Of a stretch of DNA of 64,000 nucleotides, positions 8,976-18,763 are shown in pieces. The DNA is from an uncultured Eubacteriales bacterium. GTDB lineage: Bacteria > Actinomycetota > Coriobacteriia > Anaerosomatales > JAAXUF01. Every line of letters starts with the position of its first letter. Within the stretch, counting starts at the first letter, position 1. The notes below the pieces were generated by a model. The model ran no database searches, was not told the DNA's origin, and was given only the letters and a program-made list of their open reading frames with translations. The position numbers were made by a program, and so were the translations under genes. The DNA is taken from the NCBI GenBank assembly GCA_964541225.1, contig CAZIPN010000003.1:10007-74006 (forward strand), read 5' to 3'.

Positions 8976-10070
8976 CTACAGCTCTAGCAGGTCCGTGGTC
9001 GAGCGCGTGAGCACGCGCGCGCCGCCCTGTTGGACGACTGCAAGGCTTTCGATTCTAACACCGCCAAACCCCGGAATGTAGATGCCGGGCTCGACGGTGA
9101 CCACCGCACCCGCGGGTATTGATGACTCAATCCGAGGACCGATCTTGGGCAGCTCATGGATCTCTCTCCCGACCCCGTGCCCCAGGCCGTGCCCGAAATA
9201 CTCAGCGAGGCCAGCTCCCGCAATAACCGACCGCGCGGCTGCATCGACCTCGCGCGCCGTCACACCGGCCCGCAGCGCGGACTCGCCGGCGGCGTTGGCG
9301 GCTCGCACAACGCCGTATATCGTGCGTTGGCGCTCACTCGCCGAGCCGATCACGACTGTCCGAGTCATGTCGGCACAGTACCCGCCGACGCGTGCGCCAA
9401 AATCAAGGACCACGAAATCTCCCGTCTCAAGCCGTCTCGTCCCCGGAATCGCATGGGGAAGCGCCGCGTTCGGGCCACTTGCGACGATCGGCGGAAACGC
9501 AACGCCGTCGCTTCCCTCTCGGCGCATGAAGAACTCAAGTTCAAGTGCGATGTCGCGTTCCGCGACTCCGAGACGAAGCACCTCTTCGGCGAGAAGGTGA
9601 TCGAAGGCTCGGTCCGTCAGTTCCTGCGAACGTGCGATCGCAGCCAGCTCGTTGGCGTCCTTGACCGTCCGAATCTCTTCAACCCAGTCAGTGGCCTCCA
9701 CGACGTCTCCCGCGAACGCCCCAGCGAGCGCCTGAAAGCGCGAGTGTGGCGTACTCGCCTCGATGGCCAGGATCCTTGCTCGCGAGGCCGCAAGACACTC
9801 ACCAACCGCCGTGGCCATCGGCGCTGTCACGAGCTCGATTCGCCACGCTGAGCCAACAGCGGCCTGTCGAATAGTCTCGGCGTAGCGCGAGTCGGTAAGC
9901 AACACGAGTTCGGTATCACTGACGAGCGCGACGTGCGCGGGTTCGTCGTCAAAGACACCTTCAAACCCGGTGCAGTACGCGATGTTGACTACACTCGTCA
10001 GCGCGAGCACATCCGACCTGCTGTCCATCAGGCGACGGCGAAGAGACCGAATGCGATCCTCAGCGTCCAC
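8976..10070 (-). CDS. Xaa-Pro aminopeptidase / M24B family peptidase
   Basis: 364 aa. Creatinase-like N-domain plus M24 metal ligand pattern (DFGA..GGYCADMTRT, HGLGHGVG.EIHE, VTVEPG.Y). GTG start has a GAGGGAGGGG RBS. pepP-efp synteny. Confidence 0.85.
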   Translation of the reverse strand: MDAEDRIRSLRRRLMDSRSDVLALTSVVNIAYCTGFEGVFDDEPAHVALVSDTELVLLTDSRYAETIRQAAVGSAWRIELVTAPMATAVGECLAASRARILAIEASTPHSRFQALAGAFAGDVVEATDWVEEIRTVKDANELAAIARSQELTDRAFDHLLAEEVLRLGVAERDIALELEFFMRREGSDGVAFPPIVASGPNAALPHAIPGTRRLETGDFVVLDFGARVGGYCADMTRTVVIGSASERQRTIYGVVRAANAAGESALRAGVTAREVDAAARSVIAGAGLAEYFGHGLGHGVGREIHELPKIGPRIESSIPAGAVVTVEPGIYIPGFGGVRIESLAVVQQGGARVLTRSTTDLLEL

Positions 10071-10100
10071 GTGCCCCTCCCTCTGACGTCAAACGCAGAT

Positions 10101-10121
10101 CGGGCCGCGCAAGGCGGCCCG
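10101..10121 (-). terminator. GC-rich hairpin downstream of minor-pilin operon (candidate intrinsic terminator)
   Basis: CGGGCCGC-gcaag-GCGGCCCG is a perfect 8-bp stem with a 5-nt loop, 28 nt after the stop at 10149. On the minus strand it is followed by AUCUGCGUUUGACG, only a weak U-tract. Confidence 0.5.
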
Positions 10122-10148
10122 ACGCTTGTTTCATGGTAACGCTATCGA

Positions 10149-11564
10149 CTACTGCTCAACCCAGGACTTGATGTAGAGACTACCGTCTCCGAGGGTCGGG
10201 AAGTTGGGAGGCGTGTTGATGTCGAGGCTCGGGTCATACCAGTAGTCGCGCGTCTCGAAACCACAGATCGTATTGCCCCACCAGTCCACGGTCTTGATGA
10301 ACCCCTGCTCCAACATTGCTTCTGTCCCATAGATCTTGAGATGGTTCTTCACGTGGTAGTCGACCCAGTCGGCGTGAATCGAGCCGTGCGACGAAAGCAT
10401 TGCCGCCTGGATGGTTAGGTTCGTCGGCGTCACCGAGTCCGGATACTCTGACGTGAAGCTGATGTCGCCCGGAGTCACGATTCCGCACACCTGATTGTGG
10501 TTGTTGGGATCTTGGGCCTGCAAGTTCTTCCACAGATACACGGACGAGTTCGCTTGGTTCTGGTCTCCGGTCCTCGACGACGGATTCAGTCCGCTCGCCC
10601 CAGGGTCTCCGCCCGTGTACGGGTTGCGGGTGGTTCCAGGATCCGTGACGCCCTTCCCGACCACAACGGTCACTTTGGCGGAGTACGTACCGCTCAGCCA
10701 CACAGGGTCGTCGAAGTACAGAACGCCGTCGCCCGGTGTCGTGAAGGTTCTCGTCGTAGTCGGATCGATCACCATCGCGCCGGTGCCGGTGTCAATGCTC
10801 TTGACCTTAGACACCGTCCCGCCGTTGCCACTCAGCGTGACACAGTAGCCCCAGTAGTGTCTCCAGCTGGTACCAGAGCCAAACGCGCCCGAGTCAGGGA
10901 AGTAGGTGCCATCTGCTTGAGCCATGGTCATGAGGTCACCGTATGGCACGACTGCAAACGACTGGGTCTTGTACCCGGGATACAGCGACTTGTCGAAGAG
11001 ACCGCTCCCAGAGATGTAGGAGGACGCGTAGACATCTCCAGTGATCTCGCCATCGTTGTTCACGTAGCTATTGCTGCGAACGTTGCCCTTCACCAGGCCA
11101 CCCGCACCGAGGTTGAAGTACTTGTCGAGCAAGAACATGTAGTCCGAGAAGCTCGCAAGTCGAATCGTCGCGACAACCTTTCGGGTTGTGGCGGGGGCAA
11201 GGCCCTGAGCCGGGATCGTTCCTACGGCAGTCAACGTGGCGATACAGCTGCCGGGATCTTGTGGAGGAACAGTCACGGTCCAAGACGAGTCCTCCGTGCT
11301 GCCCGTGAGCGTCGAAGGATGCTCGCCCATCGAGAGTCTGTAGACGTACGCATCAATACCGGCGTCGGCAGCAGCCAAAGCCTTCGTGCGCTGCACCTGA
11401 TCGGATGCCGCCACCTGTCCCTGCGTTGCGAGCATTATCAGCGTACTAGAAAGCAGAAAGAGGATCATTGAAATCGCGGCAACTGTGGCCAGCGCCATGC
11501 CGTCGTCTCGACGAAGCGCAGACACCCATTTGCGAGTTCCCGTGTTCTCAGTCATGCAGCGCAT
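10149..11564 (-). CDS. PilX-N-like pilus-associated protein (large, single N-terminal TM helix)
   Basis: The N-terminus GMALATVAAISMILFLLSSTLIMLA...QRTKALAAADAGIDAYVY resembles the PilX N-terminal domain (hydrophobic helix followed by A..AEAG). It is the last gene of a three-gene set whose first two members have prepilin signals. Confidence 0.55.
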   Translation of the reverse strand: MRCMTENTGTRKWVSALRRDDGMALATVAAISMILFLLSSTLIMLATQGQVAASDQVQRTKALAAADAGIDAYVYRLSMGEHPSTLTGSTEDSSWTVTVPPQDPGSCIATLTAVGTIPAQGLAPATTRKVVATIRLASFSDYMFLLDKYFNLGAGGLVKGNVRSNSYVNNDGEITGDVYASSYISGSGLFDKSLYPGYKTQSFAVVPYGDLMTMAQADGTYFPDSGAFGSGTSWRHYWGYCVTLSGNGGTVSKVKSIDTGTGAMVIDPTTTRTFTTPGDGVLYFDDPVWLSGTYSAKVTVVVGKGVTDPGTTRNPYTGGDPGASGLNPSSRTGDQNQANSSVYLWKNLQAQDPNNHNQVCGIVTPGDISFTSEYPDSVTPTNLTIQAAMLSSHGSIHADWVDYHVKNHLKIYGTEAMLEQGFIKTVDWWGNTICGFETRDYWYDPSLDINTPPNFPTLGDGSLYIKSWVEQ

Positions 11565-11578
11565 CTCGACACCCCTGT

Positions 11579-12211
11579 TCAGTCCCTCAGCCCTTGATCG
11601 TTGGCCCGCATGTGGACTGTGGTCGTGGGAATGGCGACAGCCACCTTCTGCGAACCCGAGGTCGCGGCCGTCGTGAGCGATATCTTGACCGCCATCACGT
11701 CAGATTGCTTGGTAGTCGTGGTCGGCGTGGTGTTGCCGGGACCGTTGTTCCAGTACTGGAAGACGGTCCCCACGCTTGGGTCCACTTCGGCAATCTTGAC
11801 CGGAGTCGAGTCTGGACCGAAATCGGTCGATGCAGGTTCTATGTCACCGGAATACGCAACGGCTCGAGTCAGAGTACTGCCCGAAACCGTGTACGTGACG
11901 CGGTCAAGAAGGCCGTCGTGGTTGATGTCCGCATAGAACATCACCCGCTTCGCCTCCATCACGGGAAAACGTTTGTCATCGCTGGTCGGCTGGACCATGC
12001 GCAGCTCGCGCACCATCTTCTCTACCGCGAGCTGACCCTGATCTTGCGCCTGATTCCGCGCCATGATCCCATCCGACACCACCGTGACCATGTCAATGGC
12101 CATGTACGCAGCGGCCAAGATCACGCTTAGCAACGCCGTCACGACCATGAGTTCTACGAGACTGAAGCCATCCTGCCGCGCAAGTGGTGATGTGTCTGTG
12201 TGTCGCTTCAT
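11579..12211 (-). CDS. Minor pilin (prepilin-type N-terminal cleavage/methylation domain)
   Basis: MKRHTDTSPLARQDG|FSLVELMVVTALLSVILAAAYMAI has Gly-1, Phe+1 and Glu+5. The start is set at the ATG at 12211 (M19 of the track ORF). Confidence 0.75.
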   Translation of the reverse strand: MKRHTDTSPLARQDGFSLVELMVVTALLSVILAAAYMAIDMVTVVSDGIMARNQAQDQGQLAVEKMVRELRMVQPTSDDKRFPVMEAKRVMFYADINHDGLLDRVTYTVSGSTLTRAVAYSGDIEPASTDFGPDSTPVKIAEVDPSVGTVFQYWNNGPGNTTPTTTTKQSDVMAVKISLTTAATSGSQKVAVAIPTTTVHMRANDQGLRD

Positions 12212-12221
12212 TGTTGTCACA

Positions 12222-14072
12222 TCAGCTCGGAGCAGTGAGGTCCGTGAAGTAATAGGTGCCGCCATTCGTCAATCCCGGAGGGGTCATCGGGTAGTTCGTA
12301 TATCGGCGCCTGACGTCGTCTGGTCGGATCCCGTTCCAAGGTGGCGACACGCGGTTTCCACAGACCACGACCGTATACATGCCCGGAGGCTCAGTGAACA
12401 GCAGTGTGGAATCCCAGCGAGTCACCACACCCCGCGCCACCTCGTGGTCACTCGAGTCATAGACAGCCACATCCCGGGACCATGAGCCCCATCCTCCTGG
12501 AACCACCGCAACCGAGATGGTCCCCGGGTTGATATCGATTTGGTATTGAGCCGCTGGGCTCCCGGCGGACAGCGCGACGTTCGGCCCGGTGTAGGTGATC
12601 CCGTTGTAGACCGCCGAAACGGAGTACGTTCCGTCTGCGGGAATGGGGAATTTCACCGTTCCATCGGACCCGGTCACACCCGGGTTCGCCCCGGATATGC
12701 TCGGAATCGACACGTGTGTGCTGGTGTTGGTGACAGTGACCCTTGCCCCCGGCAAGCCGCTGCCGCCGTACCGTACCAGCACTTCGAACACGGGCTGCAT
12801 CGGCACAACGCACGATTGGTTGTGATCCGTCGCATTGGCATAGAACACGAACCCCGTGTTGTCAGCGAAGCCGCTCACACCCGTGACAATCGCGGTGTAG
12901 TTGCCCGCAGTCGTGATCTGAAATGTCTCGGAATCTGCGTCCGACTCGCGAGTGCTGCCCACCGTCGCGCCATGGGGATCCTTCAACGTGACCGTCCAAT
13001 GTACCCCGTTAAGCGGCGCACCAGAGGCAACCTTCTTTGACACGGTGATGCTCGGCGGCTCAGTAATGGTCAACTCAAGACCGTTGAAGTTCTGGCCGCC
13101 TGTGGTCAGCGAGAAGCTGCCCGAGGCAGTGCCTCCATCATTCGTCGCGATCGCCGTGTAGTCCCCTTCCCACAGGCCCGCCAGACCACCCACATTGCCA
13201 GCTGCAGCGCTGAATGTGGCCCAGCCTCTCGAGTCGGTCACGGCGGTGTATGTCAAACCACGTGCAGCGTTCGTTATCTTCACCGTGGCCCCGGATACGC
13301 TGGGCACGGTCGTTGATCTCACGTGTATCGCCGCAGTGCAAGGCCTCTGGCAGTACAGGTAGCCGAGGTTCTGGGGACCGCTCACAATGGTGGGGCTGCC
13401 AAGCCCCGAGACATCCACGAGCCAGAGCTTGTTGGCAGTTCCCGGATCAAGAAACGTGGCCCTCCCAATCGGCGTCTGGCCGAAGAAGAGCAGGCCGTCG
13501 ACATCGCTCGTGGCACGCATGTCACTTCCGGAATAGGGGCTCATCAGGACCGTTGCGCCTGAAACATGCACGGTAGGATTGTCCACGTCCACCGCATGGA
13601 GCTGAACGTCCCCTACGTTGCCGACAGTGGTCTGGCTGAACACTGAAGTCTGAATGGTGACGCTCCCCGCAGTGGGCTCCGTCCATGAGACCGTCACTCG
13701 TACGTTCTTGTAGGTGCTCTCAGTAGCACTCGGCCACCATATTTCGGTGTTGACCGTGTAGGTGCCCCGCTCATTGGTGACCGTGGCCACCGCAGGGACG
13801 GTAGCTCCCTGCATGCTGACCGTTCCATCGGGATACACGACCCCGAGAGTCGAGTAGGGGATGTTGCGGTCTGTCTCGACCTGATCGTTGGCGATGTCGA
13901 TGGCACCTTCGCGCATCGAAGCCATGCGGGTCGATGCGCCCGCGTACTCGACCGCGCCGAGAACCCCCATCAGGACTGTGAAGAGGATTGCCGCAGCCGC
14001 CACGAATTCGGCTACGGTGAAACCCGCGCTGTACACCGTCTGCCGAGCGACGTTCGAATCGATGCGCTTCAT
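12222..14072 (-). CDS. Giant minor pilin / putative pilus tip adhesin (prepilin signal + repeated beta-sandwich modules)
   Basis: MKRIDSNVARQTVYSAG|FTVAEFVAAAAILFTVLMGVL has Gly-1, Phe+1 and Glu+5. About 580 further residues are rich in T/S/G/V, with CarboxypepD_reg-like repeats (e.g. GARVTVTNTST...GSDGTVKFPIPADGTYSVSA). The start could be 14072 or 14102. The track start (GTG at 14192) is less likely. Confidence 0.7.
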   Translation of the reverse strand: MKRIDSNVARQTVYSAGFTVAEFVAAAAILFTVLMGVLGAVEYAGASTRMASMREGAIDIANDQVETDRNIPYSTLGVVYPDGTVSMQGATVPAVATVTNERGTYTVNTEIWWPSATESTYKNVRVTVSWTEPTAGSVTIQTSVFSQTTVGNVGDVQLHAVDVDNPTVHVSGATVLMSPYSGSDMRATSDVDGLLFFGQTPIGRATFLDPGTANKLWLVDVSGLGSPTIVSGPQNLGYLYCQRPCTAAIHVRSTTVPSVSGATVKITNAARGLTYTAVTDSRGWATFSAAAGNVGGLAGLWEGDYTAIATNDGGTASGSFSLTTGGQNFNGLELTITEPPSITVSKKVASGAPLNGVHWTVTLKDPHGATVGSTRESDADSETFQITTAGNYTAIVTGVSGFADNTGFVFYANATDHNQSCVVPMQPVFEVLVRYGGSGLPGARVTVTNTSTHVSIPSISGANPGVTGSDGTVKFPIPADGTYSVSAVYNGITYTGPNVALSAGSPAAQYQIDINPGTISVAVVPGGWGSWSRDVAVYDSSDHEVARGVVTRWDSTLLFTEPPGMYTVVVCGNRVSPPWNGIRPDDVRRRYTNYPMTPPGLTNGGTYYFTDLTAPS

Positions 14073-14158
14073 GTTCTCATCACCGCCTGCGCGCCTTGCC
14101 ATCGCGCGCCTGGTTCTGGAACCCCATTGACAGCCTAGACCCGCTGCCGTGGCTATGC

Positions 14159-14174
14159 CGTGACCGCTGTCACA
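14159..14174. promoter_or_regulatory. CRP/FNR-type inverted repeat upstream of minor-pilin operon
   Basis: cGTGACCGCTGTCACA matches TGTGA-N6-TCACA at 9/10 positions. It lies in the aroQ/minor-pilin gap. A TAGGCT -10-like hexamer at 14132..14137 would put the site centre near -41.5. Confidence 0.4.
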
Positions 14175-14210
14175 CACGTTTGACCCCGTCACCTTGTCTC
14201 AGTTCTCCTT

Positions 14211-14663
14211 CTAGGCACTGCCGCCTCTAGCAGCGACGATGCCGACTGCCGCCCTCAGCCCAAGCAGGTAGCTCTCGGACCCAAATCCGGCGATCTGTCC
14301 CGCACACGCCGGGGCAATCACGCTTTCGTGCCTGAACGCCTCTCGCGCCGAGATATTGGACAAGTGCACCTCCACCACCGGCACCGAAATCGAGGCCACC
14401 GCGTCGCGCAACGCGTACGAGTAGTGCGTGTACGCCCCCGGATTGAACACCACGGCGTCACTTGTCTTGTCGGCGTCGTGCAGCGCGTCTATGAGCTCAC
14501 CTTCGTGATTGCTCTGCACGAATGCCGCCTCGACGCCCATCTCCGCAGCAGACGCAGTCACCTGCGCCTCAATCTCGGCAAGTCCGCTCAACCCATAGAC
14601 GGCGGGCTCCCTTGATCCCAGAAGATCGAGATTCGGTCCGTTGAGCACTAGCACTCGAACCAT
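14211..14663 (-). CDS. aroQ: Type II 3-dehydroquinate dehydratase
   Basis: [21 protein letters not shown] ... H.SN...RE.FRH.S is the canonical AroQ pattern. The start at 14663 abuts the aroB stop (14666). Confidence 0.9.
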   Translation of the reverse strand: MVRVLVLNGPNLDLLGSREPAVYGLSGLAEIEAQVTASAAEMGVEAAFVQSNHEGELIDALHDADKTSDAVVFNPGAYTHYSYALRDAVASISVPVVEVHLSNISAREAFRHESVIAPACAGQIAGFGSESYLLGLRAAVGIVAARGGSA

Positions 14664-14665
14664 GG

Positions 14666-15772
14666 TCAGTCCCTTCGTTTCGAGCCAGCCCATGCGTCCA
14701 GATGCTCGCGGATCACTCGATCCTCAACCGCGGAGCACGCCCACGACCCGGGCTTGTCGGCAAGTACGAACCGCACCGACCCCGAACGCGCCTTCTTGTC
14801 CGAGTGCATCGCCGACAGCAATTCATCTGACGACCACGCGCTCGTTAGCACATCAAGTCCCAGAGCATCCAGTAGCGCATCCTGCCGACGAACGAACTCA
14901 CGGGAGGCTCCCGCAACTTCTACAGCAAGACGCACCACGAACCGCATGCCCTCGGCAACAGCCAGGCCGTGTGGAATGACGCCGTACCCCGCCACATTTT
15001 CAATGGCATGCGCGAATGTGTGTCCGTAGTTCAAACACTCGCGCACACCTTCTTCCTTCTCATCGGCAGCCACGACATGCGACTTGAACGCCACGCAACG
15101 CCTGACCGCCTCCTCAACTGCAGCCGGATTGCGCGCGAGCAAGGAGTCCGCGTTTTCCTCGACCCATGCGGTGAAGATCTCGCTGTCAACCACCGCGCTC
15201 TTCGCCACCTCGGCCAGCCCGCTTCGCCACTCGCGCTCCGGCAAGGAAGCCAGCACATCGACATCCGCAAGTACCAGCAACGGTTGTTTGAACGCTCCCG
15301 CGAGGTTCTTGCCTGCGCGCAAATCGACCCCCGTCTTCCCTCCGACGGAACTATCAACCTGTGCGAGCAGGGTGGTCGGCATCTGCACGAAGCGAACCCC
15401 CCGCAGATAGGTGGCAGCGGCAAATCCGGCGATATCCCCGACGACTCCGCCACCAAGCGCGATGACAATGTCCGTCCGGTCGAGTCCGGCGTCAGCGAGC
15501 GCCTCGAGTAGCTCCCCGGCAACCTGCCAGTTCTTCGACGACTCTCCGGCTGGGAACCTGAACGGGAAGACTTCGTACCCAGCCGCGACGAGTTTCGCGC
15601 TCACCTGCACCCCGAAACGCTCAGCGACGGTGGAATCGCTCACCAGTGCGACCTTGCGCCCAGGAACACTGTCGCGAAGGATCTCCCCCGCATCGCCGAG
15701 AAGGCCCCTGCCGATCACCACGTCGTAGGGTGCGCCGGCCACCTCAACACGCACGCGCCGTGGATGGCTCAT
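14666..15772 (-). CDS. aroB: 3-dehydroquinate synthase
   Basis: 368 aa with AroB motifs ([47 protein letters not shown]). Confidence 0.9.
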   Translation of the reverse strand: MSHPRRVRVEVAGAPYDVVIGRGLLGDAGEILRDSVPGRKVALVSDSTVAERFGVQVSAKLVAAGYEVFPFRFPAGESSKNWQVAGELLEALADAGLDRTDIVIALGGGVVGDIAGFAAATYLRGVRFVQMPTTLLAQVDSSVGGKTGVDLRAGKNLAGAFKQPLLVLADVDVLASLPEREWRSGLAEVAKSAVVDSEIFTAWVEENADSLLARNPAAVEEAVRRCVAFKSHVVAADEKEEGVRECLNYGHTFAHAIENVAGYGVIPHGLAVAEGMRFVVRLAVEVAGASREFVRRQDALLDALGLDVLTSAWSSDELLSAMHSDKKARSGSVRFVLADKPGSWACSAVEDRVIREHLDAWAGSKRRD

Positions 15773-16284
15773 GCGCGACGCTCCTTGATCGACGCGACAG
15801 CGTCTGCGATGACATCGTCGATGTCTCGTCCAACCGTGTCGATGGTGACATCCGCCACGGCCGTGTACAGAGACTCGCGCGCTTCGAGCAAGCGAGTTGC
15901 CGCAAGTACTCCGCCAGGCCCAGAAAGCAGCGGCCGAGTGCCATCCGCACCCACTCGCGCCAGTGTCTCGCCGGGCGATACGCGCAGGTAGACTACCAGG
16001 CCCAGATTCTTGAGCATCGCGCGGTTCTCATCTCGCACCACGATGCCTCCGCCGCAGGCTACGATGCTGGGATCGGCCCCAGATAGCGCGGCTAGCTGAG
16101 CACTCTCGAGTTCACGGAAGGCTTCCTCACCTGCGTCCTCGAAGATCTCCCGCACGCTCTTGCGAGCAGTGGCCTCAATCTCGGCGTCCAGATCGACCCA
16201 CGGACGATCCAGCTGCAGAGCGACCTGCTTGGACACGGTGGTCTTGCCAGCCCCCATGAAGCCTATGAGGAAGACGTGGCTCAC
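15769..16284 (-). CDS. aroK: Shikimate kinase
   Basis: 171 aa. Walker A LIGFMGAGKTTV, then CGGG.V. 4-nt overlaps with aroC and aroB. Confidence 0.9.
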   Translation of the reverse strand: MSHVFLIGFMGAGKTTVSKQVALQLDRPWVDLDAEIEATARKSVREIFEDAGEEAFRELESAQLAALSGADPSIVACGGGIVVRDENRAMLKNLGLVVYLRVSPGETLARVGADGTRPLLSGPGGVLAATRLLEARESLYTAVADVTIDTVGRDIDDVIADAVASIKERRA

Positions 16285-17432
16285 CGCGCAATCCTCCGCA
16301 CATATGCGTCACGCGCGGCACGTATGTCCACCAACGTGTCGGCACCGAACTTCCGCTGGTACGCATCCGCCAGCACCAGTGCAACCTCGGCTTCGGCGAC
16401 AACCGCAGCGGCGGGAACCGCGCACACGTCGCTGCGCTCTTTGCTGGCGTCAATCGGCTCCAGCGTGTCGAGATCCACACTGGCCAGCGGACGCATCAGA
16501 GTGGGAATCGGCTTCATGGCCGCTCGGAGGATCAGCGGCTCTCCATTGGTCATGCCACCCTCGAGCCCCCCCGCATGGTTGCTCGGCCGGTAGTACCCGC
16601 GTTCGCTGTCATGATGGATTGGGTCGTGTGCCGAGCTACCGCGCACCTCGGCAAGACGGAAGCCGTCGCCTATCTCGACGCCCTTGATCGCCGGAACAGA
16701 CATGACCGCCGCAGTCAACGCGGCATCCAGGCGCTCCGAGGCCTCGGCATAGCCTCCCAAGCCGGGCACCATCCCCGTCGCAGTCACATAGAAGGAGCCG
16801 CCGACCGACTCGCCATCGGCTCGCGCCGAGTCAATCTCGCGCATCATCGCTTCGGACGACTCCGCGTCCGGACATCGGACTTCGCTCGCTTCGACGTCCT
16901 CGGGGTTGACCGCTGAAGGATCGGGCGGAAACGCCATGTGCACCGAGCCGATCGAGTGGACGAACGAGTACACGCTCACACCGAGCATTCCGAGGAAAGC
17001 TCGCGCGACTGCTCCCGCTGCCACGCGCGCAGCGGTCTCTCGCGCACTCGCACGCTCAAGCACATCCCTGGCGTCATCAGATCCGATCTTCAGCACACCC
17101 GACAGATCCGCGTGACCTGGCCGAGGATGCGTCTCCCTGATACCAGCGGGCTTGTCGCCCGAGACGGACATCGTCGCCACCCAATTGCCCGAGTCGCGAT
17201 TCGCGATCTCAAGGACTACTGGGCTACCTATCGTCGTTCCGAATCGTACGCCGGAGAGGATAGACACGTGGTCGGTCTCGATGGACTGACGTCCCCCACG
17301 ACCGTAGCCGCGCTGCCTGCGAGCGAGATCCGCATCCACGTCAGCTGCGGACAGGGCAACGCCTGCGGGAACATCCGTCACCAACGCAGTCAGCGCACGA
17401 CCGTGGGATTCGCCGGCAGTGACATAGCGCAT
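16281..17432 (-). CDS. aroC: Chorismate synthase
   Basis: From MRYVTAGESHG.AL the sequence follows the canonical AroC pattern (RPGHAD, SARETAARVAAGA). ATG at 17432 has GGAGG upstream. The 58-codon N-terminal extension in the track ORF is rejected. Confidence 0.9.
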   Translation of the reverse strand: MRYVTAGESHGRALTALVTDVPAGVALSAADVDADLARRQRGYGRGGRQSIETDHVSILSGVRFGTTIGSPVVLEIANRDSGNWVATMSVSGDKPAGIRETHPRPGHADLSGVLKIGSDDARDVLERASARETAARVAAGAVARAFLGMLGVSVYSFVHSIGSVHMAFPPDPSAVNPEDVEASEVRCPDAESSEAMMREIDSARADGESVGGSFYVTATGMVPGLGGYAEASERLDAALTAAVMSVPAIKGVEIGDGFRLAEVRGSSAHDPIHHDSERGYYRPSNHAGGLEGGMTNGEPLILRAAMKPIPTLMRPLASVDLDTLEPIDASKERSDVCAVPAAAVVAEAEVALVLADAYQRKFGADTLVDIRAARDAYVRRIAR

Positions 17433-17488
17433 GAGCAGAGCCTCCAGATGGGTCAAACCGGACTTTGAAGAGCCATTCCGAAGAAGTC

Positions 17489-17515
17489 TAGCGCCTTGCA
17501 ACGAAGCTGGCGCTA
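17489..17515 (-). terminator. Hairpin overlapping stop codon of the PilP-like gene (candidate terminator/attenuator before aroC)
   Basis: TAGCGCC-N13-GGCGCTA forms a 7-bp stem that includes the TAG stop. The minus strand continues GACUUCUUCGG. The stem-loop is modest, so this is tentative. Confidence 0.35.
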
Positions 17516-18136
17516 CTTCGTGAGACCCTGGCCCACGGTCAGTGTCACCTCTGTGTCGCCATACAGCATCTCGACTTCGGCCTCGCCAACAGTGACGACC
17601 TTCCATGGCGTGCCCGAGAGCGTGTCGCCATTCCCAAGCGTATGCTCGCTACCGTTCCAGATGAAAGTCGCTGTCTTCTCGCCGTTCTCGGTCTGGATGC
17701 TCTCAAGGTACAGCGTGTCCGTTGGAACGTCGGAGGGTTTCACCGATGTGGCCGTCGTCGTTGATGGAATGGCGGTCGGCATCTTCATCGTGGGCGCAAA
17801 GATGTTGCGGAAGGTGAACGTGGACTCAAGCGGTTTCTCGGGAGGATTGGTGATTGGCTGACTGTCGGTCCCGGCGGTCGAAGACGTCGTCGCGCTCCCC
17901 CGACCGACGCTACTCGTTGCCGCGGGAACTGCTCCGTTCGATGAGCCGGAGCTTTGGACGAAGAATCCCACCACGAACATGCTCAGCACGCCAAGGAGCA
18001 CGAGCACCACGATGCCTCCTGCGACGCCGACTATCACCTTGCCACGGGTGCTCGCAAGGAAGGAGGAGCGTTCGGGACTCGGCGCCGGAGAGACTGGCTG
18101 CGAATCGCTGCTGTTGGAAAGATCGGTCACAGTCAC
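17513..18136 (-). CDS. PilP-like pilus assembly protein (TM anchor, S/T/P-rich linker, C-terminal beta domain)
   Basis: It lies directly after pilM-pilN-pilO. It has one TM helix (VIVGVAGGIVVLVLLGVLSMFVVGFFV). The C-terminal ~70 aa (LYLESIQTENGEKTATFIWNGSEHTLGNGDTLSGTPWKVVTVGEAEVEMLYGDTEVTL) has the pattern of PilP/GspC HR-type domains. The call rests on position and pattern only. Confidence 0.45.
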   Translation of the reverse strand: MTVTDLSNSSDSQPVSPAPSPERSSFLASTRGKVIVGVAGGIVVLVLLGVLSMFVVGFFVQSSGSSNGAVPAATSSVGRGSATTSSTAGTDSQPITNPPEKPLESTFTFRNIFAPTMKMPTAIPSTTTATSVKPSDVPTDTLYLESIQTENGEKTATFIWNGSEHTLGNGDTLSGTPWKVVTVGEAEVEMLYGDTEVTLTVGQGLTK

Positions 18137-18142
18137 TCCCTC

Positions 18143-18763
18143 CTACTGCCCGGTGCTCGTCGTTGCGGTGCTGCTCGCTGTCGACGAGGCTGGGATCATG
18201 TACGCCTCAAGTTCAATAGACGTCATCTCCGAGTAGTCTGGGACCGCAGCGTTTTCCTGGCTGGCGAGCGCAGTGTTGTTGGTGACATTGGACGTGGAGC
18301 TTACGAGGCGCACCCCGCGGTTGAGCTTGTACACGCGTTGAAGAAAATCGACAGTGTCAGCCCAGGTTCCAGCTATGTCAACCTTTATCGGAATCGCGTA
18401 GTACTTTGCGCCGGACGTCGGCGCTGAAGGAGTCACTCCGAGTACTTGGACGCCCGACGCAAACGCCGTGTCCTGAAGTTCGACAATGAGTGACGGCAGA
18501 TCCGGATTCTCCGGAACGAGATTCTCAAGCCGAAGCCAGTGCGCGTCCGTCTCGGCAGCTCGGCTCTTGCTCTCCTCAAGCGTCGACAGTTGCGCTTTCT
18601 GCTGGTTGGATTCGGTGTTCGCGCTGGAGATCTGCGCATCGAGACTACTGCGCTGCTGGAATTGCGGAAGCAACAGCACTACGACGAGCACGGCGATGAC
18701 GACCGCGATCCCCACTCCGGCAATGATTATCTGTTCACGCGGGCCGATTTTCATCTGCTCCAC
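18143..18763 (-). CDS. pilO: Type IV pilus assembly protein PilO
   Basis: The order is N-terminal TM helix, coiled coil, then a C-terminal ferredoxin-like region (LPSLIVELQDTAFASGVQVLGVTPS...). Position after pilN. Confidence 0.75.
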   Translation of the reverse strand: MEQMKIGPREQIIIAGVGIAVVIAVLVVVLLLPQFQQRSSLDAQISSANTESNQQKAQLSTLEESKSRAAETDAHWLRLENLVPENPDLPSLIVELQDTAFASGVQVLGVTPSAPTSGAKYYAIPIKVDIAGTWADTVDFLQRVYKLNRGVRLVSSTSNVTNNTALASQENAAVPDYSEMTSIELEAYMIPASSTASSTATTSTGQ

